DNA of 63,669 nt, counting the filler, from Lenisia limosa (Eukaryota > Protista > Breviatea): NCBI GenBank assembly GCA_001655205.1. It is 14 parts of 14 records of this genome, joined end to end, with 100 filler letters (N's around TTAATTAATTAA, not from the genome) between each part and the next. Parts side by side here need not be neighbours in the genome. Positions count along the whole stretch, not along the records: positions 5,867 to 15,541 come from LPNZ01011237.1; positions 15,642 to 19,729 come from LPNZ01003384.1; positions 19,830 to 23,264 come from LPNZ01001589.1; positions 23,365 to 25,364 come from LPNZ01004091.1; 10 more parts are not named here. One strand, given 5' to 3'. Below, in pieces: positions 12,094 through 23,639 of the stretch; within the stretch, counting starts at the first letter, position 1, and the number at the start of each line of letters is the position of its first letter. The notes under the pieces are model-generated. The model searched no databases, was not told the DNA's origin, and saw nothing but the letters and a program-made list of their open reading frames with translations. The translations under genes and the position numbers were made by a program.

Positions 12094-14486
12094 TCATGTT
12101 AAAGTTAACTTTAAAGGGTTTCTTTGGAAATTAAAGATGAGAGATTGTGGAACCAACCTTTGAATCCTTAGCATGTGGCTCATATTTTGATCCTGGTAGC
12201 GAATTGAGCAACCCCACCTGAGGCGTAGGCATGGTTCAGGATGATCTACATCATCAAAATCAAAATTCACCTTCTTCAGCGGTGTGCATACAATATCGGA
12301 TGAAACAAACAAAACGCCCACCTTGGCACATGGTTTGCCCGAACCTATGGAGCCAATGGCAACACTTCTGGTCGTGAAAGCTGCCATCATCTCAACGGTT
12401 TTGTCTTCTAAAACAGTGAGGCAGCAGTTCAATTTCAGCATCATTATAACCTCTCAAATGCCAAATGGATGTGAACTTTGCTTATTTAGAGAAATTCAAC
12501 TTTGATGGATTCATATGATAATCAAAAACTACAAAAAAACTGAATACGTCGTAGAATCAGCAGTTAGGCCTTCCTTCAGTATCGAAATTATCGAGGGCCT
12601 TGACTTACCATAACGAGCAGCAAATACACCTGCTTGGAAGGCAAGTTCACCGTTCAACGCAAAGGCTTCGACATGCTCACTACGCAACATCCTGAGAGTT
12701 GACGCCAAAATGTCGTCTGCAAACTTGATGGTTATGGATGGGTCTGATGTGAAATAAAAAATGAAAAAGAAACCAGGTCAAAGTTGCTCAAATCTGCACT
12801 ATTAGGTTTCCTATTACGTCTACCCTTTTGACCTGCTTCCTGTGCCCTACATACCTCGTGATCGTTGAGACTTTTCAACGCAGAGCCGCACGTGTGTGCT
12901 AGTTGAGTCTGGATAATGTCTTCCCCACAGCCTAAGAAATTACTCACAAAAGGAGGGAGGGTACTGGGAGACATCTCAATAATTGAATTGTCAAATGATT
13001 AGCTCTCATACCTGAAGCACAAATAGCCAGAGAAGGCGCCATCCAAAATCCAGCACCGTGAACTGCAGACTAAAAAAGTGAGCACCATACTATTCACAAT
13101 AATCGCTGCTATGACACTCCGTCATATTCGATAACATATACTACATATAGAGATGAGAAATAAAAACAAGGTTGTTCTGGCCGAAGCTGTCCACACCATC
13201 ACTATTGTAGTATATTATATCATATTAATTCACCCAATCTTTTGCCAAACAACTCTGTGCACACAGCTTTCTGCACAACATGAAGAGATGCTAAAACGTG
13301 GATCCTAATGGTCCAGCACCAGTTGTCCTACCGAGCCAATTCTTCCGGGGTCAGATTGTGCGGTTCCTCCTGAAGACACGGCCATTGCCATGTCCCCATT
13401 TTGAGCAACGACGACACATCCAATTGTGTCATGATCATCATGGTACGAGGGTGCTATTGCCTCTGGTAGAATAAATATTTTTAAATCAAAGATATATGGG
13501 TTGATCTACAAACAATATTAAAGTAAATCGATTAAAAGAATGTCAAGAATACTATATTGTTTATTTTTGAGGCTTCCTCTGTACAACCAATTTTGAAATG
13601 TTTGAACACGTACGAACTGCTATTTCAAAATTAACAAATCATATCGCGACAACATTAACAACTTGATACTTCAAATAGGTTGGGTGGCATTGTAACTGTA
13701 CAGTCCAATACATTAACATCTATCTGCCATCTTACCAGACATATAAGAAACATCGTCATTTGGCTGAATACTGCTATTCCCATACATAAATCTGCAATAA
13801 TTAGATAACAGTGAAGTGAACGACCCCATTAGCGCATTCAATGTACCTGGGAGTACGTAGAAGGGAACTCGGGTTGTCATGTTTCTGAAAGAGGTTTCTT
13901 GCCACTTTCACCGGGGAGACATCTGGAAGTTATGAGTTCTGAAATGACTCATGGACACACCTTGGCATTCGACTCCGGCAACAGAAACCGATCTGTGTGG
14001 AACTGACAAACTAGCCTCGCCAATGAGTTCACCATTTTGCCGCTTACTGCTTCCTCGTCCTGCATTACTCACTCCTTTTGACTGAAACCTTAGTCAAAAA
14101 GGAGATGATACTCACAAAAAAAAAAAAAAAAAAANNNNNNNNNNNNNNNNNNNNNNNNNNNNNNNNNNNNNNNNNNNNNNNNNNNNNNNNNNNNNNNNNN
14201 NNNNNNNNNNNATGGCTGAGAATCATTACTGCAACCTTCTCCGGTTCGCACCCTGCAAAGAGCTGATCTCTCCCATACTGAAGGCTCTGGAAAGTAACAT
14301 ATCGAAGGAAGCAGAGTTTTTTGTGTTTGTCCCGTATTTTCATATGAATTATTAATAATAAGAGTATTTTTTAGGAGGAAGAGCTGTGGCAGGACTCCAG
14401 GGTCAACTCACTTGTTGAATGACGGAGATAAGCGCCTTATTGCTTCTGTCATGATGACCTGCGCCACAATGTAGATAAATTGCCAT
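12094..14486 (-). CDS. TASP1: Taspase-1-like threonine aspartase (asparaginase-2/Ntn hydrolase family)
   Basis: Spliced exons give MAIYLHCGAGHH (ATG 14486), SNAGRGSSKRQNGELIGEAS, VSPVKVARNLF, HDTIGCVVVAQNGDMAMAVSSGGTAQSDPGRIGS, SAVHGAGFW, ASGCGEDIIQTQLAHTC and VEMMAAFTTRSVAIG. The VSSGG..PGRxG and GCGE motifs fit taspase rather than AGA/ASRGL1 (TSTxG). The last exon boundary is uncertain. Confidence 0.85.
13150..13271 (+). mobile_element. Repeat family B copy in TASP1 intron
   Basis: Near-identical to 1391-1515. Confidence 0.85.
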
Positions 14487-14819
14487 ACGTAAAGACGTAA
14501 AAAACAAGACGTAAAGGAAAGAGGAAAGAGAGAAGCATTTTTTATTGAACACCACCCCATCGAACCCCCATTTAATTAATAATAAAAACTAAATTCCGAT
14601 TTTTGGAAATTAGAAAAGAAGAGAGTATTAAGCAATTTGTTTCATATTTATATATTTTTAGATAATATAAATAGGTAGAATTATTAAGTTTGAAACCTGT
14701 TGCAAGTTTTCTTCTTGTTTGCTTTACTCAATCCTCTTGCTGCTCTTGACTTCTGATAATCACTACACATAGATTTGTAAATATATCATACAGAGAAATT
14801 TTATTCTAGAGGTCACTTT

Positions 14820-15253
<434 letters not shown>

Positions 15254-15541
15254 TAGGTGGCTCAGAGGCAATTTTACTTGGTTCCAAAATACTCTTTGTT
15301 TACTGCTTTTATTGCTGCTGAACTTCTAATTCATTGATAATGCCATCTGAATGAAGGAGTAAATATGAATATCACATAGTAAAATCATTAACACTGGATT
15401 ATTTTGCTAAATGGAGGTACTGTTACCTCATAATTGCTTGCTTTTGTTTAATATTTTTTTTATTTTCTGTTGTGGTATTGTGTGATTGCTATCTTTACGC
15501 CAATACTGCTCACCAAGTTATTTACCCCCCCCCTAAAGAAG

Positions 15542-15641
15542 NNNNNNNNNNNNNNNNNNNNNNNNNNNNNNNNNNNNNNNNNNNNTTAATTAATTAANNN
15601 NNNNNNNNNNNNNNNNNNNNNNNNNNNNNNNNNNNNNNNNN
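15542..15641. other. Artificial scaffold spacer
   Basis: 44N-TTAATTAATTAA-44N. Confidence 0.98.
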
Positions 15642-15686
15642 CTGAAGTGTTGGGAGAGGGGGGAGTATTACTTAGTAGTGGAGTAG

Positions 15687-16176
15687 ATCTTGTTTGAGCC
15701 AGTTCCCCAAAATTTGCCCGTGAGAATTCTAAAAGTCATCTTACTTCTTTTCGTGGGTGCGATCTTCTGTCATCTCGTTGTGTCCTTGTCAAAAAGCAAA
15801 ATGATAGGGTTTTTTTCATTATTATTATAAAAAAGACCATAGTATAGTATATCATATGGGATTTTGGTGATATTTTTGAGTAGAATAAAACATCGCTTGG
15901 GATAATATTTGGGAGTTCAATAAATATCTTCAGAATAAAGTACTATATTAATATATGGATTCGTATGTAAAATGGGAATTGAGGCGATTTACGTCCATCG
16001 ATCTCACCCAATATCAGGAGGATCTCATGACGTATGCCGACACGGTCCATGCTGACAAGATCCTTGGCTACGTCCCAACGACGTCGCTTTCTTCAGGCGT
16101 ACGTAACAGTGTTGAGTGGTATAACGTTGCACTGGATGAAGGAATTAGGACTCCTGCTATGGAGTCAAGTAGTTGA
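15687..16176 (+). CDS. Last two exons of an NAD-dependent sugar epimerase/dehydratase (UDP-glucuronate 4-epimerase-like tail)
   Basis: Exons 15687-15719 and 16018-16176 give ILFEPVPQNLPEDLMTYADTVHADKILGYVPTTSLSSGVRNSVEWY, matching the extended-SDR tail TYAD..A...LGY.P.T.L..G....VEWY. Confidence 0.75.
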
Positions 16177-16909
16177 TGTTTTATTATTGGTAATGTAAAT
16201 TATGGTATCTTTTGCTAAAATGGGATAATGGGATCTTTCTAGGATTGTTCACTCCACTTTTCCAAACGTCTCTCATATTGTATTACAGTCAAGTCTCTTT
16301 TGATTCAAGGAAACAGAGAGGTCCTACTATTACCTCTAACATCTCAGTAAATTGATCAAGAAGAGAAGGAAAATGGAAATGTGCATTTCAAAATTACTAG
16401 AACCCAAATTTCGGTGACGTTATGACTTCACCTCTTTAAAAGGTGGTTTTGAACCATTAAAAGTGTATAATTTTCCGTCACACACAGGTCTTCTTAAGAA
16501 GACAGAAAGATCGCGGAAAGATCTAGTGATCTGATAAGACCTATAATTCTGCCAGGTTGTTACCTTTGTATTCTGTTTAAGAGCCCTGTAAACAGCCAAC
16601 AACCGCGTTATTATCCATGTGACAGCAGTAAGTCTGGGAAACCAATATTTATTATCTTGTCTTTTCGATGTTGTTGTTGTTATTCTCCAACGAGTAAATT
16701 ATTAGTCCCCCTCTCCCTCTCACCTTATCTTCTTATGGGAGATGAGAACTATTATATCTATTGCAATAATTGCCTTGTACTATGCTCTCGCTGTTTTATG
16801 GGATGATTTTACTGTCACAGCAAATAGCTATTTGACCTCAAGTTGAAATTTATATTCCTCCTAATATCAAAGAGATCCATTCTTAATCTCTCAAGATGTT
16901 TGTTGTAAT

Positions 16910-17009
16910 TAGGGCTTCACTTCGGTTCGGAAAATACCATTAAAATATTGATAATTTTCGAAGATTTATCGAGAAATTCAGTCATATCTTGAACCGAAGT
17001 GAAGCCCTA
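16910..17009. mobile_element. MITE family A, well-preserved copy
   Basis: TAGGGCTTCACTTCGGTTCG ... TGAACCGAAGTGAAGCCCTA; 100 bp. Confidence 0.9.
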
Positions 17010-17215
17010 GTTGTAACCACATGTGCTATTGGAGCGTCCAGTGGAGCAACTGTATTCAGTTTTATTCAGAAATTGTCTTCCCGTCTCAATCCCATCACAC
17101 TGTATAAAAGTTTCAAACTTAATATTTCTTAAAAAAAAAATCTCTCAAATTCTGGAGGATACAAGTCAAGAAAGAACGTTCCTTTTGACCTCCTAGCTTA
17201 AGCGAGGGAAGCGTC

Positions 17216-19552
17216 ATGGAATATTCGGCGTGTGTTCTAGGCAATGGCGGCGGTTAGCGGGGGACAGGATATTTAAAAATTTTGTTTGTTGTTTTCAAAC
17301 TGGTGTATCTCAAGTGTTGATTGTGAGTTATATTTAACCAAAATTAGCATTATTCCCGCTCTTTTTTTTTTTTTTTNNNNNNNNNNNNNNNNNNNNNNNN
17401 NNNNNNNNNNNNNNNNNNNNNNNNNNNNNNNNNNNNNNNNNNNNNNNNNNNNNNNNNNNNNNNNNNNNNNNTGTTTTGTAATTCCATGCAGTTGGTAAGT
17501 CCACCCTTGTCATACGCAGGCTTTCCAACATCTTTCTCGAGGAGTAGGCCTGGAGTACTCTGTTGACTTATCGCGTCAGTGTATAAAGATTAATATCCAT
17601 GACTTATCGCGGTCAGTGTATAAAGATTAATATCCATGTGACTTAACGCGGTCAGTGTATAAAGATTAATATCCATGTGCAAAAATGAAGGACTTATATA
17701 ACCATCTAGATATGACCCGACAATCGAAGACAGCTATCGATTTCAAGTAACGCACGAGGGAGAATCATATCTTCTTGATGTTGGCTGGGGTTTTACTTAT
17801 CACTTTTGGGTCATTTCCACACGTGTGAACTATCGTTTTCCATGCAGTTGTATGTTGACACATATTCACTTGTGGTTAGGGTTTCACTTCGGTTCGAAAA
17901 ATACAGGTAATTCGATATTTTTTGACGATTTATCGAGAAATTCATTTTTTTGAACCAAAGTGAAGTCCTACTTGTGATACGATCATATGAACGACCTTCG
18001 AATCAAAATGATGAACAGATATCAGAGAATGTGTTTTTTGTTCTTCATAATAAACTACAATTTTATCTTAATTTTTTCCGTTTTGTGACCGAAAAATTGG
18101 GGTTCTGTTTTATGGACAAGGTGTTAGACACAGCCGGACAGGAAGAGTTTAGTGCCATGAGAGCGCAGCAATATAGGTATGAACTGTGGTTCGTGTGTAT
18201 GGGAGAATAATTGGCAATTCTTGTGCATTAATACAAACATGATTATGTCGATGCATACACTATCCGCGATAAGTCTTGATACATGTAATATTGAGATTTA
18301 TCTTCGGTCAGGACTTCTATATTTAGTATCAAGAAACACACCAAAGTGACATTTATGCATTTATCATTGTTTCCTCAGGGTTGCTCAAATCTTCTATTTA
18401 TGCTACTCCTCGACTTCCCGCGCATCTTTCGACAGCCTCCCAACTTTCCTTGAGGAGGTATGGTAATACATCCACTGGGTAATATTTGGGACTTCCATAA
18501 ATTTCTTCAGATTCAATATAATTGTTGGATTTCTATGTAAAATGGGAATCCCAAATTTCCTTCCCTTGTTATATGTTTAAAACATGTTTTCTTGAGAGGC
18601 CTAAAAGGAGATCAATCACAGTCTCTTAAGATGAGCCTATATTTAATTTTCGGCCGGAATTTTCCTCCCCCATACCCCATGGTATACTACTAGCAAAGCT
18701 GGTGAACTCCTCCCCATGGCTTTTAAGAGACTATATTTATAATTGACCACTAGTCTTGACGCGAATATGGAAGTTGTTTCATAACTTATTGCGCCCACAG
18801 TATTACATATTGGACGAACAGTCTGACATTGTGCTAAATCAAATATCATAATCCAATGTCTCCAATAAGCGTGTGATGATATAGCAGGCCTCAGTCAAAT
18901 ATATTGTTTATTTCTCATCTATATACTAACTATCATATGGATGATGTTTCTTTGCTACATAGTTACTAAAGGGAAATCTCAACTTAATGTAATTCTAGAT
19001 AGCAGGCCTCTGTGACAAGCCACATGCAACCGTTGTGGTGTGCACAAAAGCCGATCTGACAGAGGAAGAGGAAGTATGTGCTTGTGATACATAGACCACA
19101 ACAACTCACGAAACTTGGCACCATCAGCTTCATCCACACTTCATATTGCCCTAATTCACGCATTATAGGTACCCTTCGCAGAAGCCAAGGCATGGTGTAC
19201 GTCAAAACAACTTGCAATTGTCAAGGTAATTGATGAAGATCACTTTTTTCTGAACTACATATTATCGACATTTGCCCATCTGGTTCATCTAGAATATCTG
19301 GAATTGATCAAGCGTTATTCTAATATTTTTCTTGAATCTTGAATTGATCAAGAATTTTTCGATATTATTTCAAGAATTGATCGTTTTTCTGAAACAAAAA
19401 ATATCCTTCTTTAATGAAATTGCGAACTTGTGTTGACTTCATCACAGACCTCGGCCCTATCGGGACTGAATGTTGACGTCGTGTTCGAACTTGGACTGGC
19501 TAGTTTACTCAAAAACACCAAGAACGTTCTGGCTGACCCTCGCAAGACCAAA
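17216..19552 (+). CDS. RAS: Ras-family small GTPase, 8 exons, final exon missing
   Basis: Exons 17216-17252, 17492-17543, 17710-17779, 18121-18176, 18379-18457, 18999-19073, 19169-19225 and 19448-19552 phase correctly. G1 GNGGVGKS, effector YDPTIEDSY, G3 DTAGQEEFSAMR, G4 TKAD, G5 TSAL. Confidence 0.92.
17565..17679 (+). repeat. ~38-bp tandem repeat x3 containing a family C terminus
   Basis: GACTTATCGCGGTCAGTGTATAAAGATTAATATCCAT(GT) repeated three times. Confidence 0.9.
17877..17970. mobile_element. MITE family A copy in Ras intron 3
   Basis: TAGGGTTTCACTTCGGTTCGAAAA ... TGAACCAAAGTGAAGTCCTA. Confidence 0.85.
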
Positions 19553-19729
19553 GTAAGCGATCATTGTTTTGAAAAGCATAGATAGTTGATTTTTTTAATC
19601 GGAAAATTTGAAATTATAGAGGCTGAAATATAGTTGTAGTTATAATATGTCTCACTTCGTTTTGACACGGAGTTCATGTTTTTAGTTTTATGTTAAGATC
19701 TTGTAGTGTCAGATCAGTATTATGTTGAC

Positions 19730-19829
19730 NNNNNNNNNNNNNNNNNNNNNNNNNNNNNNNNNNNNNNNNNNNNTTAATTAATTAANNNNNNNNNNNNNNN
19801 NNNNNNNNNNNNNNNNNNNNNNNNNNNNN
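19730..19829. other. Artificial scaffold spacer
   Basis: 44N-TTAATTAATTAA-44N. Confidence 0.98.
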
Positions 19830-19911
19830 GCGAAATTGGGTTTTTTTATTATTTTTTTTTTCCCTTCTTATCTTTTCCCTTGATGTGGTAACAATGTCCC
19901 TAATGTCGCAG

Positions 19912-22313
19912 GTCGCGTGATGTCTGGAACCCTCTCCCGCCACCACCATGTTCGCGTTCTTGGCGAGCAGTTCACCCTTGAGGATGACGAGGACAGCGCT
20001 TTCGCCGATGCCAGCAACCTCTCGTACGCCTGTGGAAGGTACCAACTTCCTGCCGAGTCTGTCACCCCTGGAAACATCTGTCTCATTGAAGGAGTTGACT
20101 CCTCCATTGCCAAGGTATGAGCTGCTCTCTCTTTTTTGCTTTTCTTACTCTCTAGACTGTGACTATTGTCGACGCTAACCTTGCTGACGCCTTCATTTTC
20201 AGACCTCTCACCTACTTCAACAAGGCTGTTTGCAAGGTTGGTAGGATGCGACTCCCACTTACCTAAAAATTCTTTATAAACGTAATCTGCGACATCTTCT
20301 TTCTTTTTCTTTTTTTGTTTTTTACTAAAATGTCACTGCAATATAAGCATCTTTAAATACTATACAATGGGAGCCACTTTGACGAGCACAGATTGCTATC
20401 GAGCCCCTCTCCCCCGGAGAACTGCCGAAAATGGTTGAAGGCCTTCGTGCTCTGAACAAGACCTACCCCCTTCTCCACACCAAGGTTGGCTGGATTGATT
20501 TTTGTTTTGCAGTACAACTAGCACAGCACCACCCCTCACGATCCAGGTTGAAGAGTCAGGAGAGCATGTTGTCCTGGGAACCGGAGAGCTCTATCTTGAC
20601 TGCGCCATGTCTGACCTCCGTCAGCTCTACGCTAACTGCGAGATCAAAATCGCCGATCCCTGTAGGCCAAGGGCTTTGTGCCATTTTGAGTTGATTGCTG
20701 GAGAGATGCGTCTTCTGTGCTATCCACTCACGACCTTCAGCTGTTGCTTTCTGCGAGTCTGTCACCGAGACGTCCGCTATGATGTGCTTCAGCAAGTCTC
20801 CCAATGACAAGAACAAGGTGAGCGTTGCCATCATTCCTCTTATCATTTCTGCTTTGTCAGGAAGCGATTGCCAAACCATAGTGTGTTGTTTATTCATTGT
20901 GTTATAAAAATTCTAATCCCCCCCTCCCCAGCTTACAATGCTCTCCGAGCCTCTCGAGAAGGGCCTTGGTGAGGACATTGAGAACGGGCAGATTCGTCCA
21001 ACTGAGTGGCCTAAGAAGCAGGTGTCCGAGTTCCTCCGAACCAAATACGACTGGGATCATTTGGCCTCACGCCGTCTCTGGGCCTTCGGTCCCGACTCCA
21101 TGGGTCCGAATGTGTTCGTCAACGACACCCTTCCTAAGTGAGTCTGAATGCAGCCTTTGCCTCGATAAACAGCAATTGGATATGACCTCCCGCTTGTATT
21201 TGTTAGAGAATAACGATTTAGTGAGACTGACCAGGAGCTTGTTAATGACGTCAAGGAGTCCGTCGTTCAGGGCTTCCAGGTAGGCTTGCTTGATGGAGTG
21301 GTCTGTCCACTCCATGTTCTTACCACCAAATCACAAATTCTCATTATTCATGGTTTTGTTTCAAACTCCACCCTTGTACTCACCCCTCAGTGGGCCACCC
21401 GTGAAGGTCCCCTTTGTGATGAGCCCGTCAGAGGCTGCAAGTTCCGCGTATGCAAGGGCTTATACTTATTTAATTTCTCATCTCTATTTCGTTACAAGGG
21501 CTTAACCCACCTGACTATCGCAAATATTACTTGTGATATTAACACTGATTATTCGTTTTCTATGACATTTTCCTACCAGCCTCACCCCCCAGCTTGTCGA
21601 CGCCAATATCTGCGGTGACAAGATCGGCCGTGGAGGCAACCAAATCGTGCCGACTGCACGTCGCGCAGTGTACTCATCGTTCCTTCTCGCCCAGCCCCGT
21701 CTTCTGGAGCCCTACTTCGTGTCCGACATCACCGTGACTGCTGACGCCGCCTCTGCCGTTCATGACGTTCTCAACCGCAGAAGAGGTCATGTCGTACAGG
21801 AGGGTCCTATCGTGGGGGGGGGGGGGCTTTTCCNNNNNNNNNNNNNNNNNNNNNNNNNNNNNNNNNNNNNNNNNNNNNNNNNNNNNNNNNNNNCTTCTTA
21901 CTTCCCCCAGTCTGGCTCCCCCCTGACCATGATGCGTGCCTACATTCCCGTCATGGACTCATATGGCTTTGAAACTGATCTTCGTGTACACAGTCAGGGC
22001 GCCGCGTTCTGCCAGTCGGTATTTGACCATTGGCAAGTCGTGCCTGGTGATCCACTCGATAAGGTTAGTGACGTGGTTTCCTGTGCTCTTAAATGTGATG
22101 ATGTGCTCTTAAAGCCGAATACGACCTTTCCTTCTCACTCCACAGAGCATTGAGCTGATCCCTCTCCAACCCGCGCCTCCCAACCACCTTGCCCGTGACT
22201 TCATGCTCAAGACCCGCAGACGGAAGGGACTCAGTGAGGACGTCACCATCGCCAAGTTCTTCGACGATGAGATGCTCATTGAGCTGTCACAGAGGGAGGC
22301 TGACCTCTTCTAA
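19912..22313 (+). CDS. EFTUD2: U5 snRNP 116-kDa GTPase (EF-2-like), 3' part, 11 exons
   Basis: Exons 19912-20114, 20156-20236, 20392-20484, 20547-20661, 20741-20817, 20932-21137, 21222-21279, 21391-21447, 21593-21811, 21911-22063, 22146-22313. Motifs [92 protein letters not shown] are diagnostic of Snu114 rather than EF-2. Confidence 0.96.
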
Positions 22314-22770
22314 TGGTACTGTATCATCGATGTCTTTTAATAAATCCTGTGCTTTTATCCCATTTGGCCTTGGGTAGAAGAAGGGGGAACCCTCTGAAGC
22401 GTAAAAAACGACATAAGTTTGTTTATGGTGTGTGTGTGTGGAGAGAGATTGAAGTTACAGCAAGCTGCGCGATGGTAAGCTTTTGTCAATGCCTTATACA
22501 TCAGCCGGAAGGGAAAAGTCAATGGGGGCTGTTCCACTCCCATCTAGCCCCTGCCTTTTCTGACACAATTCTGAAACAGTTGAAATTATCTATTATTCCA
22601 ATAATTCTAAGTCTCAAACAGACTGGCACACTGAAAAACATGCAAGGGGTAATACACCTGGAGAGTGAGAGGGGAAATGATCAATTATGATGCTTACAAT
22701 AATAAGATCAGATTAGAGAGACACTCTTCGCTTTGATGGTTTTTTGAGTTTACTTCTAAGAAAGTAGGGG

Positions 22771-23001
22771 TCACGGTGCGATACCTGGAAAGGTAATTTG
22801 GATATAATCATCAGCCCAAAGTGTTCCAGAAGCCGTGACCCCAACCGAAGAAATGCGTCGTTTCTTCCTCTTGACAGAGACAGTTGGATGCGAGACCGCC
22901 TGGGTTGAAGTCTCATCAGGAACTACAGGCACAGGAAAAATATCACTTTCTGCCTTTTCTGAAACCTTGGGAGCAGGTTCGTCATATGCACTCGCCTTTT
23001 T
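22771..23001 (-). CDS. Terminal exon of a hypothetical protein convergent with EFTUD2
   Basis: CAG acceptor, then 77 open codons KKASAYDEPAPK...VKRKKRRISS...TFPGIAP*; contains an NLS-like KRKKRR. Confidence 0.45.
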   Translation of the reverse strand, partial: KKASAYDEPAPKVSEKAESDIFPVPVVPDETSTQAVSHPTVSVKRKKRRISSVGVTASGTLWADDYIQITFPGIAP

Positions 23002-23264
23002 CTGGAGAATTACTTTGTCAAATCTTTCCTACTAACCATGTTAAAAACAAGAAAATAATAAAAATTGATTGATATAGCAGAAAAGAGTTCTAAAAACACA
23101 GCCTACCAATTTTGCGGCCTCGGCTTTCCGTTGTGCAATCATTTCCTTCATTGAGGGCCTAACAGCATAACATTTTTGGATACCACACAGGCATACATAT
23201 GATCATGATATTCTATGCTGGGGAGGCACGAAAGCTGTGTGCACAGAGTTGTAAGGCAAATGAT

Positions 23265-23364
23265 NNNNNNNNNNNNNNNNNNNNNNNNNNNNNNNNNNNN
23301 NNNNNNNNTTAATTAATTAANNNNNNNNNNNNNNNNNNNNNNNNNNNNNNNNNNNNNNNNNNNN
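23265..23364. other. Artificial scaffold spacer
   Basis: 44N-TTAATTAATTAA-44N. Confidence 0.98.
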
Positions 23365-23639
23365 AATTTCCCAATAAATCCTCGAAAACTATGGATATTA
23401 TAACGGTCTTTTTCGAACCAAAGTGAAGCCCTAGTTCTTGAGTAAGTATTTATCAAGGATTTATCAGAATTTGGACTTTTATTGGNNNNNNNNNNGTTAA
23501 GTGGGGAGCGTCGTTGTGGCAGATGACACTCCCCACACGACAGGTGTTGTTCTATCNNNNNNNNNNACTTATGAAACACGAAAGTCCAAAATCAACTTAT
23601 TAGGGTGATTTTGATCTTGGGGCTGGGGGAGGGGGCACA

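Noticed and set aside
12094-14486. Calling this gene aspartylglucosaminidase (AGA) because of HDTIG
   Set aside because: Downstream motifs are VSSGG, PGRIG and GCGE (taspase type), not TSTNG/GRVGDSP/GDGD.
16420-16602. Minus-strand 60-aa ORF with YQITRSFRDL, vaguely PX-domain-like
   Set aside because: No convincing exon chain and only a few matching residues.
17250-17290. GGTTAGCGGGGGACAGGAT followed by AAAAATTTTG resembling U6atac or an Sm-site snRNA
   Set aside because: It is the donor and start of Ras intron 1; the resemblance is short.
17565-17679. 38-bp repeats as a CRISPR array
   Set aside because: There are no unique spacers, the units are head-to-tail, and they lie in a eukaryotic intron.
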